Below the pieces are notes generated by a model that did no database searches, was not told the origin of the DNA, and saw only the letters and a list, made by a program, of their open reading frames with translations. The translations under genes and the position numbers were made by a program. This document shows positions 1 through 14,320 of a stretch of 64,000 nucleotides of DNA, one piece after another (position 1 is the first letter of the stretch; each line of letters starts with the position of its first letter). Source of the DNA: Trichinella spiralis (taxonomy: Eukaryota). The DNA lies in NCBI RefSeq assembly GCF_000181795.1, contig NW_003526945.1, forward strand, positions 5,946,129 to 6,010,128, written 5' to 3'.

Positions 1-2155
1 CGTACGTCAGGTAAAAATGAAGCTAACATGATATATTTATTTATTTATTGTTTTGTTTGTTTCGAATTGTTGTCATTTATTTATTTCAGCATCTTCACAG
101 TACAACAGTGTTGCCGGTGGATTGAATCCACACGGATCGTCGTCGACGAAATATTTATATGCAGCAATTGGGGTGCTGCTGTTCATAATCAGCGTATTGT
201 TAACGCTAGCTTATCGCCGTCGATTGCCATTTCACTTGTGCGGTTACAACAAGCAGCCGAGTGATTTAGATGTCTTGGAATACAAAGCAGGTTTGTTAAT
301 TTATAACATATATACGTAGATATGGACTATTTTATTAATTATTATTGTTTTTATTTTTATTTTTATAGATCAATTCAGTTCTGATTATAATACAATCGAC
401 ATTTACAATCACAAATGTATGTTATTTTGTTTTGTTTTGTCTATCATTTTCCTAATGTTATTGAATACATATATATATGGTGAGAAACATCACGTTGTTC
501 TATTTCAGTCAATTCAGCAATAGTTCAACTACCTAGAAGATCTGGGTCAGCTTACAAGCCGTATGTTGATCCGTTGGCATATGAAGATCCGAAACAAGCG
601 TTGCGAGAGTTTGCCAACGAAATTGATTCAACAGCGGTGGCTTTAGATGAAATTATTGGTGAAGGTGAATTTGGTGAAGTTTACAAAGGAAAAATGTGCG
701 TCCCGGGATGTGGGGTAGAAGTGGTGGCGATTAAAAGCTTAAAGACTGGTCTGTCGGTCAAGGCTAAGCTGGACTTTTTGTCCGAAGCATCCATCATGGG
801 TCAGTTTGATCACCCGAATGTGATTCGTCTCAGGGGCGTCATTTCACGTTCAGAGCCGGCAATGATTGTAACGGAATATTTGGAAAATGGCTCGTTGGAC
901 AATTTTCTCAAAGTAAATAATAATTGCTACTTTACTGTTGTCTGTGCTACTTGATTACTCTTTATATTGATATGCTGTTTTTTCTTCGCTTTTTCTAGCG
1001 CAATGGAGACCGGTTAGATACGGTGCAATTGGTACGAATGTTGAATGATGTTGCCAGTGGCATGGCTTATCTTAGTGATAAGGGTTACACTCACAGGGTA
1101 TGCATTTGTCTGATTATGTATTTGATTTATTGATAATAATGACGCAGTTTGTATGTATGTATGTATGTATGTGTGTTCCAGGATTTGGCGGCAAGAAATA
1201 TTTTAGTCGATGGTAAAATTTGTTGCAAGATTGCCGATTTTGGATTGTCACGTGAATTGGAAGGCTCCACTGAATTGGCATATACGACGAAAGGGGGAAA
1301 AATCCCGGTACGCTGGACGGCGCCAGAGGCGATCACGTTCCGCAAGTTCACCTCCTCGTCCGACGTGTGGTCTTTCGGCATCGTGGTCTGGGAGGTGCTG
1401 TCGCTGGGCGACCGTCCCTATTGGGATTGGACAAATCAGGAGGTGGTCGACGCGGTCGATCAAGGCTACCGTCTGCCGGCGCCGCACAACTGTCCGGCCA
1501 CGTTGTACCGTCTGATGCTGGCCTGTTGGGACAAGGACTACACTTGCAGACCGACGTTCCATCAGTTGCGTTGCATGTTGAGCGATTTTCTCCACTGTCC
1601 AGATTTGATGTATTCGCCGACCTTTCTCACCGGCACGTCACAGCAAAATCAACAGTATATTCATGTTTTGTTTGCTGTTGTCAATTAAGAATTATCGATG
1701 GTGTTCAATTAATTAATTAATTGTGTCGTTGCAGATTTTATACACTGAGCGCGCGTGTCTTTGCAGCCGGTTCATTTCCGTACGCTTGCAGTGTTGAGGA
1801 TTTTTGTCGCAAGTTGAACTTGGACCGTCGTTTCGCCCAAGTGTTCCACGCGCACGGTGTACACCGCCCAGTGATTGTTTCAGAATTGACCAGTGCGGAT
1901 TTGGCGTCGATGGGTCTGTCTCGGGTTGATCAGGAGATTGTCACCAGGGCGTTGGTCAAGTTCAGGCTTGCCAACGCGAACCGTATGCAGCAGTCCAACG
2001 CAGGCACCGTTGGCCGACGATCTGTACGCGTTTACGAGAAAAGTCCGGTGATCGCATCCAACACACGCGTCTACACCACGCCCGGCTTGGTGGAGCAAAC
2101 AACGATGGACAACAACGACAGCTTGCCACGTCGTAGCAATGGTTTTTTTGTTTGA
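1..2155 (+). CDS. vab-1: Eph receptor tyrosine kinase (VAB-1-like), 3' part: TM helix, juxtamembrane region, kinase, SAM-like domain, PDZ-binding tail; 5' end lies outside the window
   Basis: Exons ~90-290 ([21 protein letters not shown]), 369-416, ~518-912 ([10 protein letters not shown] juxtamembrane motif, [31 protein letters not shown]), 999-1097 (…GYTHR), 1182-1654 ([23 protein letters not shown]), 1735-2155 ending …GFFV*. Phases join in frame. Confidence 0.95.
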
Positions 2156-3522
2156 ATTCACGAATGAAACAAACGAAACATTGGCCATTCGTTCATTATG
2201 CAAATCAACAAACAACCAACGGCAAGTTGTATTACATATCAACATGTATGATGTATCATTATTGACATTTATTTTTGTTTTATTTCAATTTATTCACTTC
2301 TGTTTAATGTTATTATTGTTGAACAGTATTTTTTTTGTATTTCTTCATTTATTATATTTTTTTCAGTTTTTGTTCTGTTTTGTTTTTTGCACAGTAGATG
2401 CTGTGTGCTGTGAGATATATGATGATGATTCGTGTTGAACATGATGTTCTTCTCGTAGTTCATCATATGATTGATCTTTATTATTTTTTTCTGTCAGTTT
2501 TTTTTCTTCTTTACTTTTTTACAGTAATAATTTTTGTTGTTACAAAAATGGTTGTCCGGAGGATATTGTTGCATAGTTGAAACTGTGAATTTATCCCAAT
2601 CAGTGAGTGGTCTGACATTCTTCATTGGTTCTCTTTTATCACTGAGTGCTATTATTCTTATTTCCTTTTTTTTCATTATTTGTGAATGTATGGCGAAGAA
2701 ATATATGCGCACACATAATATGCGCATCTCTTACTTTGAATTTCTCTTCTGTCCTTTGTCGAGCTTTTTTCTTTCTTTCGCTTATCATGCTTATTTCACC
2801 ACCGCTACATCTATCAATCTACCTTTGCTTGTTTTTATTCTTGTTTCTCCAACCGACTTATTATTATTATTACCAATGCAGTAATAATAATAATAATAAT
2901 AATACGTAGTTGACTGACTTTTTACCGCTTGTTCTGTTATTATTGTTATTATTCGAAACTCACCGTACACGTGCCTTGCACACAGCCCGTGTTCTCTTTT
3001 TTTTCCTTTGCTATCGTATCTTCTTCTCTATCCGTCGATATTTTTTGCTTACATCGATCGTCATTATATATGTATATATATATACATATACCGATTTTTA
3101 AAATTAAATAAACAACTTGCATTCTAACCAACCGAGTTTTATTTATCATTTTTATTATTAAAAAATTATTTACTATCCTAGTTATAATGAAAAAATGGTG
3201 CACATTAAAAAAAGAAAAAGAAACAATTGCCCTTTTTCTTCGACCACACACATATTACATATATATATATATATATGAATCAGTTGTATGTGTGGGTAGG
3301 TGGGTGTGTCTGTAACGAATTATGATATGTGCATGTACAGTAGCAGTGCGTAAAAACAGTTTTCAGTTAGCTAAAATGAAAAAAGAAAAAGCACAAAAAA
3401 TATATATTACTATTAAATAAAGAATAGTGTGCCGAATTGATCAAGTGTAAAAAAAAATAATAATGAGAGATGGACAATAATTTTCATCTAATAAATAAAC
3501 AGTGGCAAAGTGGGCAAAGTTA

Positions 3523-6500
3523 TCAACGTTTTGGATAAAATTTTAAAACAGCACCCAAATTGATAGTTCCGTAAGCATTGTCGTTCAGAACACTGCAAGC
3601 ATGTGTTGCCAAAGTTTCGTATACGCTCAAGTGCATTTTCGGCAAAAGCTGAAAGCAATAAACAACAATAACTTTGCTCAAAACTGAAGCAACCAACCAC
3701 AAACAAACAAACAAACAAAGAAAAACATACTCGTGCTAATTGTTTCTTCGCTTTCGATAGACGCATCAACGCTTGAGGAAAATCAAAAATTGTAAAATAA
3801 AAGCAAAGTTGATTGTACAATTTCTTCTCCGAATACTGAAAGCAAAGCATCCGAAAAGAAATATAATAAACAACAAAAAAGAAAATAAAAAGCTTGTCGT
3901 CACCTTACCTCTCTGATCAAAATTCCTGAAGGACATTTCGGGCAGATCAACTTCCCCTCGCTGTTCAACTTCATCACCACGTAACGGCTACGATATCGGC
4001 ATGTGCTGTCGTCGCAAACATACCAACCCTAAATGAAATGTTCTTCCTTATTTCTTTTTCATTTCCATTTTCCAAACTCACCAAATAGTACTGATGAACG
4101 TGCTTATGTATCTGCTTCCTCAACAGGCTGACCAAATACTGACGATTTGACGCCGGCTTAAAAGAACAATCTCCGTATGGGCATTTGGAAAGTGCCAGTT
4201 TGATATTCTCCTGCAAATTTTAAATATCAAATCAAAAATAAAAAACTCTTTTCACTTTTCAGTACCATATCTGAAAATAGGGTGGTCACTTCGATAATTT
4301 TTCCACATTCTACACAAGGAACGGTAAAAGGTTCAGAATATGAATGGTCAAAAAATGAACAACTGCTCGACACAGTTGCCAAGTCCGTTGTTGGCGGTGT
4401 AAAATTCGACTGCTTTGCATAGGATGCACTTTTCAAACCTGAAAAAAAACATTACCAATATTGCAGTGCGTCAACGTACGTCAGCGTTAGGATAATTTAC
4501 GAGAAAAAGGAAAAATAATTAAAATAAAAAAGAAACTAAAAAAATGCTACCAAGCCAATCGGCTAAACAAGCCGCATCGAGGCTTTCAATCGGCTCACAC
4601 AAGCGAGTCACTACAGGATGAATTTGCTGAGCCAGATAATAGTCAAAATCTAGAGAGAAGAGAAAAAAACACCAACTTTAAAAACTTGCATTTTAAACGA
4701 TGTATTTGCTTACCAATTTGCATATTGCCTTGTTGAATTTCGTTGAAATGGTAAGCTCTTTGCATTGCTTGATTGTTTGTCTGGTCCTGAAATTGAGATG
4801 AAATATTGAATAAACAAAAACAAGTAAACAAACGAACAATCAGTGCAATCTTCCAAACCTACCAAACAAATAGCGTATGGAATAACATCGCCTTGACGGA
4901 AATGCGATCCTTTTTCGTTCATACGTAAAGCTACAGCTACGTGCGGCTGTCCTTTTGCATCCTGATATTCATCCGGAGATTTAGCCAATTGCTACATCAA
5001 AAATAATACATTTCTAATAGACTGTCGATGAATGAAGAAAATGATTTTTTTTTCTTTACTTTTCGAATGATGAATTTGCCCAAAACGACTTTGTTCTGTC
5101 GAACGTCGGATGTTAATTTCATAAGATATTCGCGAATTCTGGCAGCAGTTTCATCCGACGTGAAATCACTCAAAATACTGTTGATGACATAGCTTAAAAG
5201 AGTAAACAAATTACCGTATAATCACAACTGTGAGAACAATTTTCAAATTCAATCCATCTACTCACTTTCCGGCTTCGATTGCAATCGGTGACCAATCTCT
5301 GCGCACAATGTCCAAACCTTTGACTTCCTTTTTGAACTGCCAACTTCCATCGGGACGTTTCTCACAAGAAAGTGCGGCGTATTTTTTCTTCTTCAACAGC
5401 AACAACTTTTTATAAATTCCATCAATATCCAACTCGAGCAGCTTGAATCGTTTGTTCATTTCGGCTTTGATCTGCAAAACAAAGCGACACACAAGTTGAG
5501 CTAAAATGGACAACAGCTATTCGCCCAAGTTTCTTCTTTTCAACCTTTTTGCCCATTGCCAAAGCGTCGTCGATCGAGGTGAGGTTCGAATTGATCATTA
5601 TTGAATCTGTATCGCCGTAGATCACTTCCAAGCCCAATTTTTCCACCGCTAATTTTGTGTTGGTCAAAATCTGCAACAGAATTCAACAGCTTATTAATAT
5701 CGTCATCGTCGTTGTAGTTGTAGTCTAGAACCCACTTCTCGCCCTTTGGCTGTGATCAAAGCGGCCAACGGTTTGGCGTAAAACCTCGAAGCCGCAAACC
5801 CAAGACAACCGTAAACACTGTTAGCGGTAATTTTCAACGCTTGTTGGCGAATGTGGTACTGAACAGAAAAAGCAAGAAAAAAAATATATATATTCAAATT
5901 AAGCACGATCAATTTGCATATCATATGAAAATGGACAAATAACTAACTTGTTGGAAAAGATCCGGTGGAATTCCTGGCTTCATCAACGATTTCAACTGAC
6001 GCCTAGATTCAACCAGACGCTTGATTTCTTTCGGAAGAATACCGGCAGCTTTTTCAGGATCAGGAATTTCCGGCAGTGCTTCATCGCTGCCCTTTCACGA
6101 CAATAAAAAACAATATTCAACAAAATATTCACGCACAAAAATGTAAATACTCACTTTGATAGGATCGGTAAATGGTGACAAATCGACAGTCGTGAAGCAA
6201 ATATTAAACTCTTGAATGATCGACGGATACAAGCTGTTGAAATCCAAAAGCAAAACAATTCGATCGTACAGGCCTTAATTTGAAATAAATTTAAAAAAAA
6301 GAATATTCAAAATTATAAAATTCATTCGTACCTTTTTTCGGATCAAGAACCAAACCACCAGCATAAGATGCCTTTTTGCTTCCAATGATAATTTCTTCGT
6401 CATCCAAACTTGTCTAAAAATTGTCAAAAAAGAAAAATAACAACCAGTACTACTACAATTGTGCATAATTTCATCAAATTACTACTACCACTTTTTGTTT

Positions 6501-9500
6501 TCCACCATGAGAAACTTTTTCTGGATATACATAATTCTGAGCGTCGAAAGCGTGAAGCAACAAATATTCAGTTCTTTCCGCACGTCCACCTAGCAGAGTT
6601 TTCGACTGAAATAAACAATTCAACCACGAATATTATTCCAAAAGACAAAACCAAAAAACTGAATAGTTTTTACCAGCACTCCACCAACGGCACGAGTAAT
6701 TTCAATGGCTAATTGCAAACAGCGCAGCTTTTCGCAAATACGCCAACATAAAAATGCGTCGGCCAAAACCTTGACCACCAAATGCATCAAACTTGTAGAT
6801 GAACTACAACACACAGTTGAATTACAGCATTTCATAAATCATAATTACAGCAATATTCAAAAAACATACTTAAAGTAGTTTTTGATCGTTTGAGGTAAAA
6901 TTTCTTCAATTCGCTCGTTGAAAATTTCCAAAGCCATCTCCTGCAAGCTGAAGTCTTTTGCCCGTATCAACTCCTTGGCCAACACTTTCGCATCGCACAA
7001 CATTCGACCGGCGGTCAACTGTTGCAAAAGACCTTTGGTTTGCTAAATTTAATAATAATTATAATAACGTTTCAAAATTTATCTAAACAAAATGCCCGGC
7101 CACTCCTTACAACAACTGTCTTCTGTTTTGTTTGTGTGACATTTTTCAAACGACTTATTCGAGATGGGTACGGAACTTGAAGAGTGACCGCACGATTAAT
7201 AAAGTTGAACAAATGGAAATCCAACAGTTCATGACCCTGTAAAAATACATATTCAAAAACACAATATAAATATATATGTAACAACATGTTCATCATCTCA
7301 TCGATGCAAAATAACAAACCACAATAATGTCCGGATCTATTTTTAAAATCTTCGTCAACACGGCACTCAAAATGGCACGCTCGTTATTCAAAATAACTAC
7401 TGTAGTTTTCTTCTGAAATAACAGACAAAATTAAAATAATATGCAACATATTCTTATATGTACTTGATCCATCAAAGTAGATTTGAAATTCGAAGGAAAC
7501 ATCAGATCAGGTCGTTTAGCTATCACTGAAAATGCAAAATTCAAAAAATTGATGATGTCTATCAAACTTCAGCAAAATATATATGTATCTATGTGCGTGT
7601 GTATACCACAAGTATGCCGCCATCGTTGTTCCAAAGCCGATGTCTCGTTGTTCAAATCCAAATTGTCATTCGACAACAAACCAACCATCACAATCTTAAA
7701 ACAATTTAAATTAACAATTTAAATACAAACAAAGTGAATGTTGAAAATGCCTCGTTGTGATGCGTTTTCGGATCTGGCATTGTGAGAAAATTTATAGCAA
7801 GAACACGCAACGGTGGCAACGAGTTCACATTTTCAGGAACTATATTGCTGCTGTTGACAATCAGCTAAGAAAATAAAAAGGAATCACATTTACAGACACT
7901 TCAATACAGAATGCTGTGAAATTACCTCAACTGCGCACCAAGTTCGTTGGCTGGCTGCCATGGCTGAAATTTGTCAACGTTCATTTTATCATAATTACAC
8001 GAGAAAAATATTTCTAACTTGGATTTGAAATTTTCATAAGCCTGGGTCCTTTGATGTTCATCTCCAAAATCAACAGCTCAAGCCTGCAAATAAACTTCAA
8101 TTACAACGAAGAATACACGTCAACTACAGCAACAATCCTACTCTGAACTTGTGGTGCCGAAAATCGCTTGAAATGTCTTTCCAGTCAAATTTGCTTCCAA
8201 AGCAGGATACTTGAACTAAAGAAAAAGTTTTTTAAAATAAATGAACAAACATTACAATCCAGGAAGTTCTTCACCGAATATCGAAGTTCCAAATAAACAG
8301 CTTCTTGCGCATACTGATCACTGTTGAGCCAAAATTTCTTTTCCACAGCCTGCATTAAAATTGACTTTCACCAACAGTAAAGCATTGAATAAGCAAAAAG
8401 CTGTTACTTTGATACGAAATTCATCAATTTTTAATTTGTTCATCAATTCAGTCAGTTCCTGGTGGACATCTTCAAGTTTAAATGGCTCACCGGTCTGCAA
8501 ATCCTACATCCAACATGTACATACATAAATGCAGCTATTTTTCTCTTGCACTGAAAGCAATTTAATCGATTACTGTTTGTCTTGGCAGTATCCAAATTCT
8601 TCGCAAAATATTTTTAACAATTAAACAACAGGAAATCCAAGATTTCTGAATCAAATGCTGCACTTTACCAAAAAGATAAACAATTCCTGAAATGTAATTT
8701 CATCAATTGAAAAACGAAACAAAAAATTATGCATATTTTGCAAACAACCTGGATGCTTCTTCCCTGCTTCAACGGCGTCTAAGTAGTAAAAGTTTACAAC
8801 TTGATGACCACCTTCTTCCTCAGCTGAAATGTCGGACAATTTTAAATTCACTGGAAATGCAGTCGTTTCGTCTGGCACATCTACAACGGACGGAATCACC
8901 AAATCGGAAAATTGTTCACTCGTTGGCATCACTCTGAACATTACTGGTATAAGTGAAAGGATGAATAAAGTAATTTTAGAAAAAAATTTTACGGTGTTTT
9001 CTCATCGGTATGTTGCTGCTGTGCAGCTGCAGCACTGGCTTTGACAGCAGCTGTCTGGATGCTGTCTTCAAAATCAGAGCCAACGTTGCTTTCAGTCAAA
9101 GGAAAACCGATAATCTCTTCAACGGAGGGCTTCACTTCGGTATCGGTCGGAATATCGTCGAAATCACTATTAAACAGTTCTTCTGAAATAATTAATTGTA
9201 AATTCCTGTTACAAAACTGTTTTTCTAGCATGAAAGTTTCAAATCTCACGGATCCAAAATGCATTTTTGTCAATATCACCCAGACCGGCAAAGTCGGACA
9301 TCGATTCCAATGGAGCCTCTTCTACTGGAGTAATTTCAGGAGAACTGTCCTCTCTGTTCATCAACAGATCGAATTCATGACGCAAATGCTTTTTCTCCGT
9401 ATTCTCTTCTTCTTCTTCTTCCAAAACAGACGAACCTCTTTTCAACGATTTCGTCACTTTCGGAGGCTCACTACAAGCAGTGAATAAAAAATCTACTTAT

Positions 9501-11459
9501 CAACCATTATGTGTAATACAATTATCAAGAAATACCTCGTTTCAATTTTGGGGGCAAAAGTACCAATAATTTCAGAACTCAACGGACACGCAGAACCACT
9601 ACTAGAAGCTTGCTGTAATTGGTCTTCTTCATCCATCTCATCCAAATACTGTTTCAACAAGGCGTCACTTTCCAAATCCACTTCCTAAACAAATACTTAA
9701 AAACATCCGCATAGTTGTGCATCTGACTGGAACAAATACACTGGCTTTGGTTTTGGTAGTTCGCCGATGGAAATAGCTTGCCAATGTGTCCTTTCGTTTA
9801 AACATCTTTTCAGCTTTGGATCGCCCAATTTTCCCGCCAAGTGATTCTAGACAAAAGCAACACAGCTCAAATCAAACCAAAATCAAAACGCCACGCAAAC
9901 ATTTACCAGCGTAATAGCCGTCGTCATCATCACTTTCTGATTCATCGCATAAATCACGCCCATCATCATAATATTCTTCACCATCACCATCTAAATATAA
10001 AGTACAAAAATGATATACAGCTCAGCTTAAAAATTGTTTTAAATTTAAATCAATAAAATTTTAACTATTTAAATAAATATGATAACCGATTAACATGACA
10101 ATGAAATTAAAAACTAAAAATTAATCAGTCAAATCAACCGTATTTAAAATACAGTATTGCAAATTTTCAAGTAAATAATACAGTAAGATTTAAATTCACG
10201 ATTTGACTGATTCTTGACATTTGAATAGAATAAACGTCGAATGTACATGCAATGAGGATAAGGAGAACAAATAAATAAATAAAATCATGAAACAAATACT
10301 TGAAGATAAATTTTTAAAGATAAACACTATTTAACTGCAAATCATTGTTTAGTTGTATAAAGGCTTCTAGAAAATAGCCAATTACGGCCACTGTGTTATA
10401 TGAAATTTAATTTTAAAAAAATATGGATCATGAAAAGAAGTTTCACACAAAGCATTCAATAAGTTCATAAGCTTTCTTGGCTTAGATTCCTCATGACCAA
10501 TGGTATTTCAACAGTTAAGATTTGATAACTTGATCAAGTACTGATTAGTCAAAAATACAAAAAAGTGAAACAGAATTTTCATGCTTACATTTCAATTTCA
10601 GTTGAAAGAATCATTTTTAATAAAAATGCAGCCGTTCATTTATTAAACATATAAACTCATTCCGAAATGCAAATTCCAGATTTTATGATCAGCACCCCAG
10701 CTTTCAAAAAGTCTGGCGACAGCATTTCTCAATTACGTGAATGTACGTGTAGATGGAAATTAAATTTAGAAAATGGACAGAGATGATGCTGAAAATTTTA
10801 ATATACACCATGCATATACTATAATGTTAAAAAAGGATTACCATCATCAATCCAATAATTATTTTGGCGCTGACGCTTGCGTTCTTGGTATTCTTTCTCA
10901 TCAACTTCCTCAAATATATCTTCATGAGTTTCTGCTGTCTAAAGTAAATGCATGATAATTATTCATATTTTTGTTTTAACGCAACAAATTCTATAATAAT
11001 TAAATATACAAAACTCATTATATTGTCAGTGAAGCAACGGAAAATGTTAACTAAAGTATTGTTAAATTTGGCTTTTTAAACGTAATTTCTCTGATAAGGA
11101 AATGAATTATTTCTTAGAATTATTCTTATTAGCGCCTAGAAAGGCAAGAGATGTCACTTTAAGAAAGTAAAAGATAACATCATTAGCAGTCTAACTTTAC
11201 GTGCTATACTGTGAAGCACTTACATAAATATACATCACAATAAAAAATAATTTATTAAAAATACAACTATACACTGTATACGAATGACTAATCAATTACA
11301 TAATAATGAAGTCTAGCGAATAACCTGTCAGAAAATTTTAACAGTCAACAGTCTCACCTCTAAATGATGTTTTTCCCCTTTCTGTTTTGCTTCTGCTAAC
11401 TTTTGCAGGGCTGATACACGCGCTTGATCAACTTTTTTTTCACGCTTCGGTCTATCCAT
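3523..11459 (-). CDS. pola1: DNA polymerase alpha catalytic subunit (family B), multi-exon
   Basis: ATG at 11459 ([30 protein letters not shown], Pol alpha-type N-terminus). Family B motifs [20 protein letters not shown] (~6190-6245), [34 protein letters not shown] and [10 protein letters not shown]. Two C-terminal Cys4 metal sites (CVEC…CPYGDC; CDDSTC…CPKC). Stop at 3523. Confidence 0.96.
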
Positions 11460-11935
11460 TTCACGCTTCACAACGACAACAACGCCAAATGAAAAACTGT
11501 ATAAATTTTATTTATGTGATTAAAAGGTTTGTTGTGCATAATAAATGGGTCATGGTCATTTATTAATTTTAAGAGTTACTTAAATTATATTAAAAATCAA
11601 AAGTTTTAATTAATAAACGAAAAATACATGCAATTATTAATTTATTTAGTTTATCAAACTGTTAACACAAATATACAGCTTTTCATATCTAAATTCTTAC
11701 TAAACTAACTTAAGTCAGCTATTAATATTTTTTCTTAAAATATATTTTATACAACATTTATTAAAATTATTTTATATAATCTCTTTTGAAATTAGAATAA
11801 AATTTATGTTACTACTACAGTATGTTATCTGTAAAGTAAATATGATAAGTACGAGCATACCTGACTATACTTGTCTTAATTTGGTTGTTGTGACGCTGAC
11901 GTATTTGTTTGGCTGTTCCTTTTACAAATTGAATT
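11460..11935. promoter_or_regulatory. Divergent (head-to-head) intergenic region between pola1 and CstF-50; probable shared promoter
   Basis: Only 476 bp of very AT-rich DNA separate the two divergently oriented inferred start codons (11459 and 11936). Confidence 0.55.
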
Positions 11936-13981
11936 ATGTCATCAGGTAAGATTTTTTTTAATCAAAAATGAATCAAAATCTGAGTTGAAAATGGTGAAGC
12001 ATAACCGGTCGTACTTTCTTAAATGCTAGCCAAACTAGTTTTTTAATGGTATATATCATATTGTTTTTGATTATTCTGACCATTTTAGTGTATAATTGAT
12101 TTTTTTGTGTAGAATAAGTTTTGTTTTAACGGATAGATAAAAATCATATTTTCGTTTTTTCTGTTGTAAATTATTTCTATTCATCATTTGTGAACATTTT
12201 TACAAGTGCAGTTCACTTTATTTCGAGTTGTGTAATGTTATTCAAGTAGTACTTTTTATTAGTTTATTTTAACTTGTTTTTATTGTCAGATGAGTATTAT
12301 TTTCTGTAATCTGTAAATTTAATGATGACATTAACTTATATTTCTATTTCAATGATGAACTATCTTCTCTTAAGATGTAGTTTTGACTGTGATGAATTCT
12401 TCTGTTCAAAATATTTCTTTGAATAGGAAATTTATTATACCAAGTATGTTGGTAGTTTGCTGGTGAATCGATACGTTCTCCACTTGTTAATAATTGCTTT
12501 GCCATTTGACTTAAATGCCACTAATACCTGTTGTTTTTTTATATGTTTCAAAAATCATACGCCGTAAACCTTGAATCTTATTTGAGGTCAGCAATATACA
12601 GTAGGAATTTATGATATTCATGTTTATGTAGTATATATTTGTTGGAATACTTCAAAAATATTAAATTTTTAATGATTTTTTTAAATTTAACGTTTTGATT
12701 TAATTTTTAGAACCTCCAGTCAGTCATATATATCAGCAAATGTACAGACTGATTATTTCTCAGTTGATGTACGATGGATATATACAATTAGCGTCGACTT
12801 TGAGAAAAACAGTCAACGAAGGGCGGTGTTGTGGTCCGTCGGAAAAGCTGTTTGAAATTGTGAAAGCTGATATAATAGCCCAGGAATCGTATGTTAGGGA
12901 CGATTCAGAAATTAGGGAACGCAATATTTCATGTTTGAATTTAGCTACCGACGCTGATACCACCGCAACTTCGCCTGAATTATGTCTCTATGAGACGATT
13001 TTTATAACAGCTCATAAAGACGTATGCCGCGCATGTGCTTTCAATATTGAAGGGACTTTGATTGCGACTGGAAGTGCTGATGCTTCGATTAAAATAATGG
13101 ACGTTGAGCGCGCGTTGAACAGAGATTATTCTCCGTTCGACTCAGAGCCGGAGTTTGCAGGGGCTGATACGCACCCAGTTATTCGTACGTTATACGATCA
13201 TATTGACGAAGTGAAATGTTTATCATTTCATTCAAACGAATATTTACTTGCGTCTGGTTCGAAAGATTGTACCGTTAAGTTTTTTGATTTTTCTAAAGCT
13301 TCAGCGAAACGAGCCTGTAAGACAATCTTAGAAGTGGCTCCAGTCCGGGCATTGGCCTTTCATCCATTGGGTGAACACCTCATTGTTGGCACGGACAATC
13401 CAGTTCTTCGAATGTATGTGGTTGACACATCAAGCTGTTTCGTATCTCCAGTTCCTGCTGATCAGCATTTGGATGCAATTACCGATGTTCAGTATTTAGA
13501 TACTGGTCGTTGTTATGCATCCTCTTCAAAAGATGGTTCAGTGAAAATATGGGATGGAGTGTCGTGTCGTTGCACCAACACGTTTGCTAATGCTCATGAT
13601 GGCTCTCAAGTATGTTCAGTAAAATTCAGTCGAAATGGAAAATATTTGTTGACCAGCGGTCGAGATGGTGTGGTAAAGTTGTGGGAACTGAGAGCCAATC
13701 GATGCTTAATCATCTACACTGGTGCCAGTTCGACTGGTCTCGAAAGGCATCGCATTCAAGCAGTGTTCAATCACAACGAAGACTACGTCCTTTATCCAGA
13801 GGAACATTCCAACAGTCTTTGTTCTTGGGATTCTCGGACTGGCGAACGAAAAAGACTACTAGCGTTGGGTCATACGGCTCCTGTGAGAGGATTTGCACAT
13901 TCACCGACACAGGCAGCGTTCGTTTCTTGTAGTGATGATTTTCGAGCTAGATTTTGGTTAAGTAAAACCTCTACTGATTAA
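11936..13981 (+). CDS. cstf1: Cleavage stimulation factor 50 kDa subunit (CstF-50, WD40)
   Basis: Micro-exon 11936-11945 (ATGTCATCAG|gtaag) joins in frame to 12711-13981, giving MSSEPPVSHIYQQMYRLIISQLMYDGY (CstF-50 dimerisation domain). HPVIRTLYDH, KFFDFSK and WD40 repeats follow, ending CSDDFRARFW. Confidence 0.95.
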
Positions 13982-14320
13982 ATTCTATAATTTTAAATAT
14001 TTCGTTCATCAATGAATATGCATAAAAAACTTACATGCTTGAACTGAAATATCTTTTCGTTTATTTATGTGTTTTTATATCTTTTGTTTAAGTTTTATTA
14101 GTTTAGATAGTACATTGTAGTTGTAAATCGTTCAGTGCTTGTAATATTGGCAGTATATGAATCATTTAAAATCAGTCATTGTAGTTGAATTATTTGCAAT
14201 TATGATGGCATAGAGGATAATAATGAAAATTTGCTTTTTGTTGCAGAAAATTTTGTTGTTTGTATTTTTTTGTAAAGTTTGCAGTGCGCGTCTGTCTCTT
14301 TTTCCGTATGACAGTGAACA

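Noticed and set aside
1127..2245. Antisense and alternate-frame ORFs over the Eph kinase exons
   Set aside because: By-products of GC-rich coding sequence; the Eph frame explains the region.
2139..3300. Phe/Leu/Ile-rich 'membrane protein' ORFs
   Set aside because: T-rich low-complexity 3'UTR/intergenic DNA with (AAT)n and (AT)n repeats between convergent genes.
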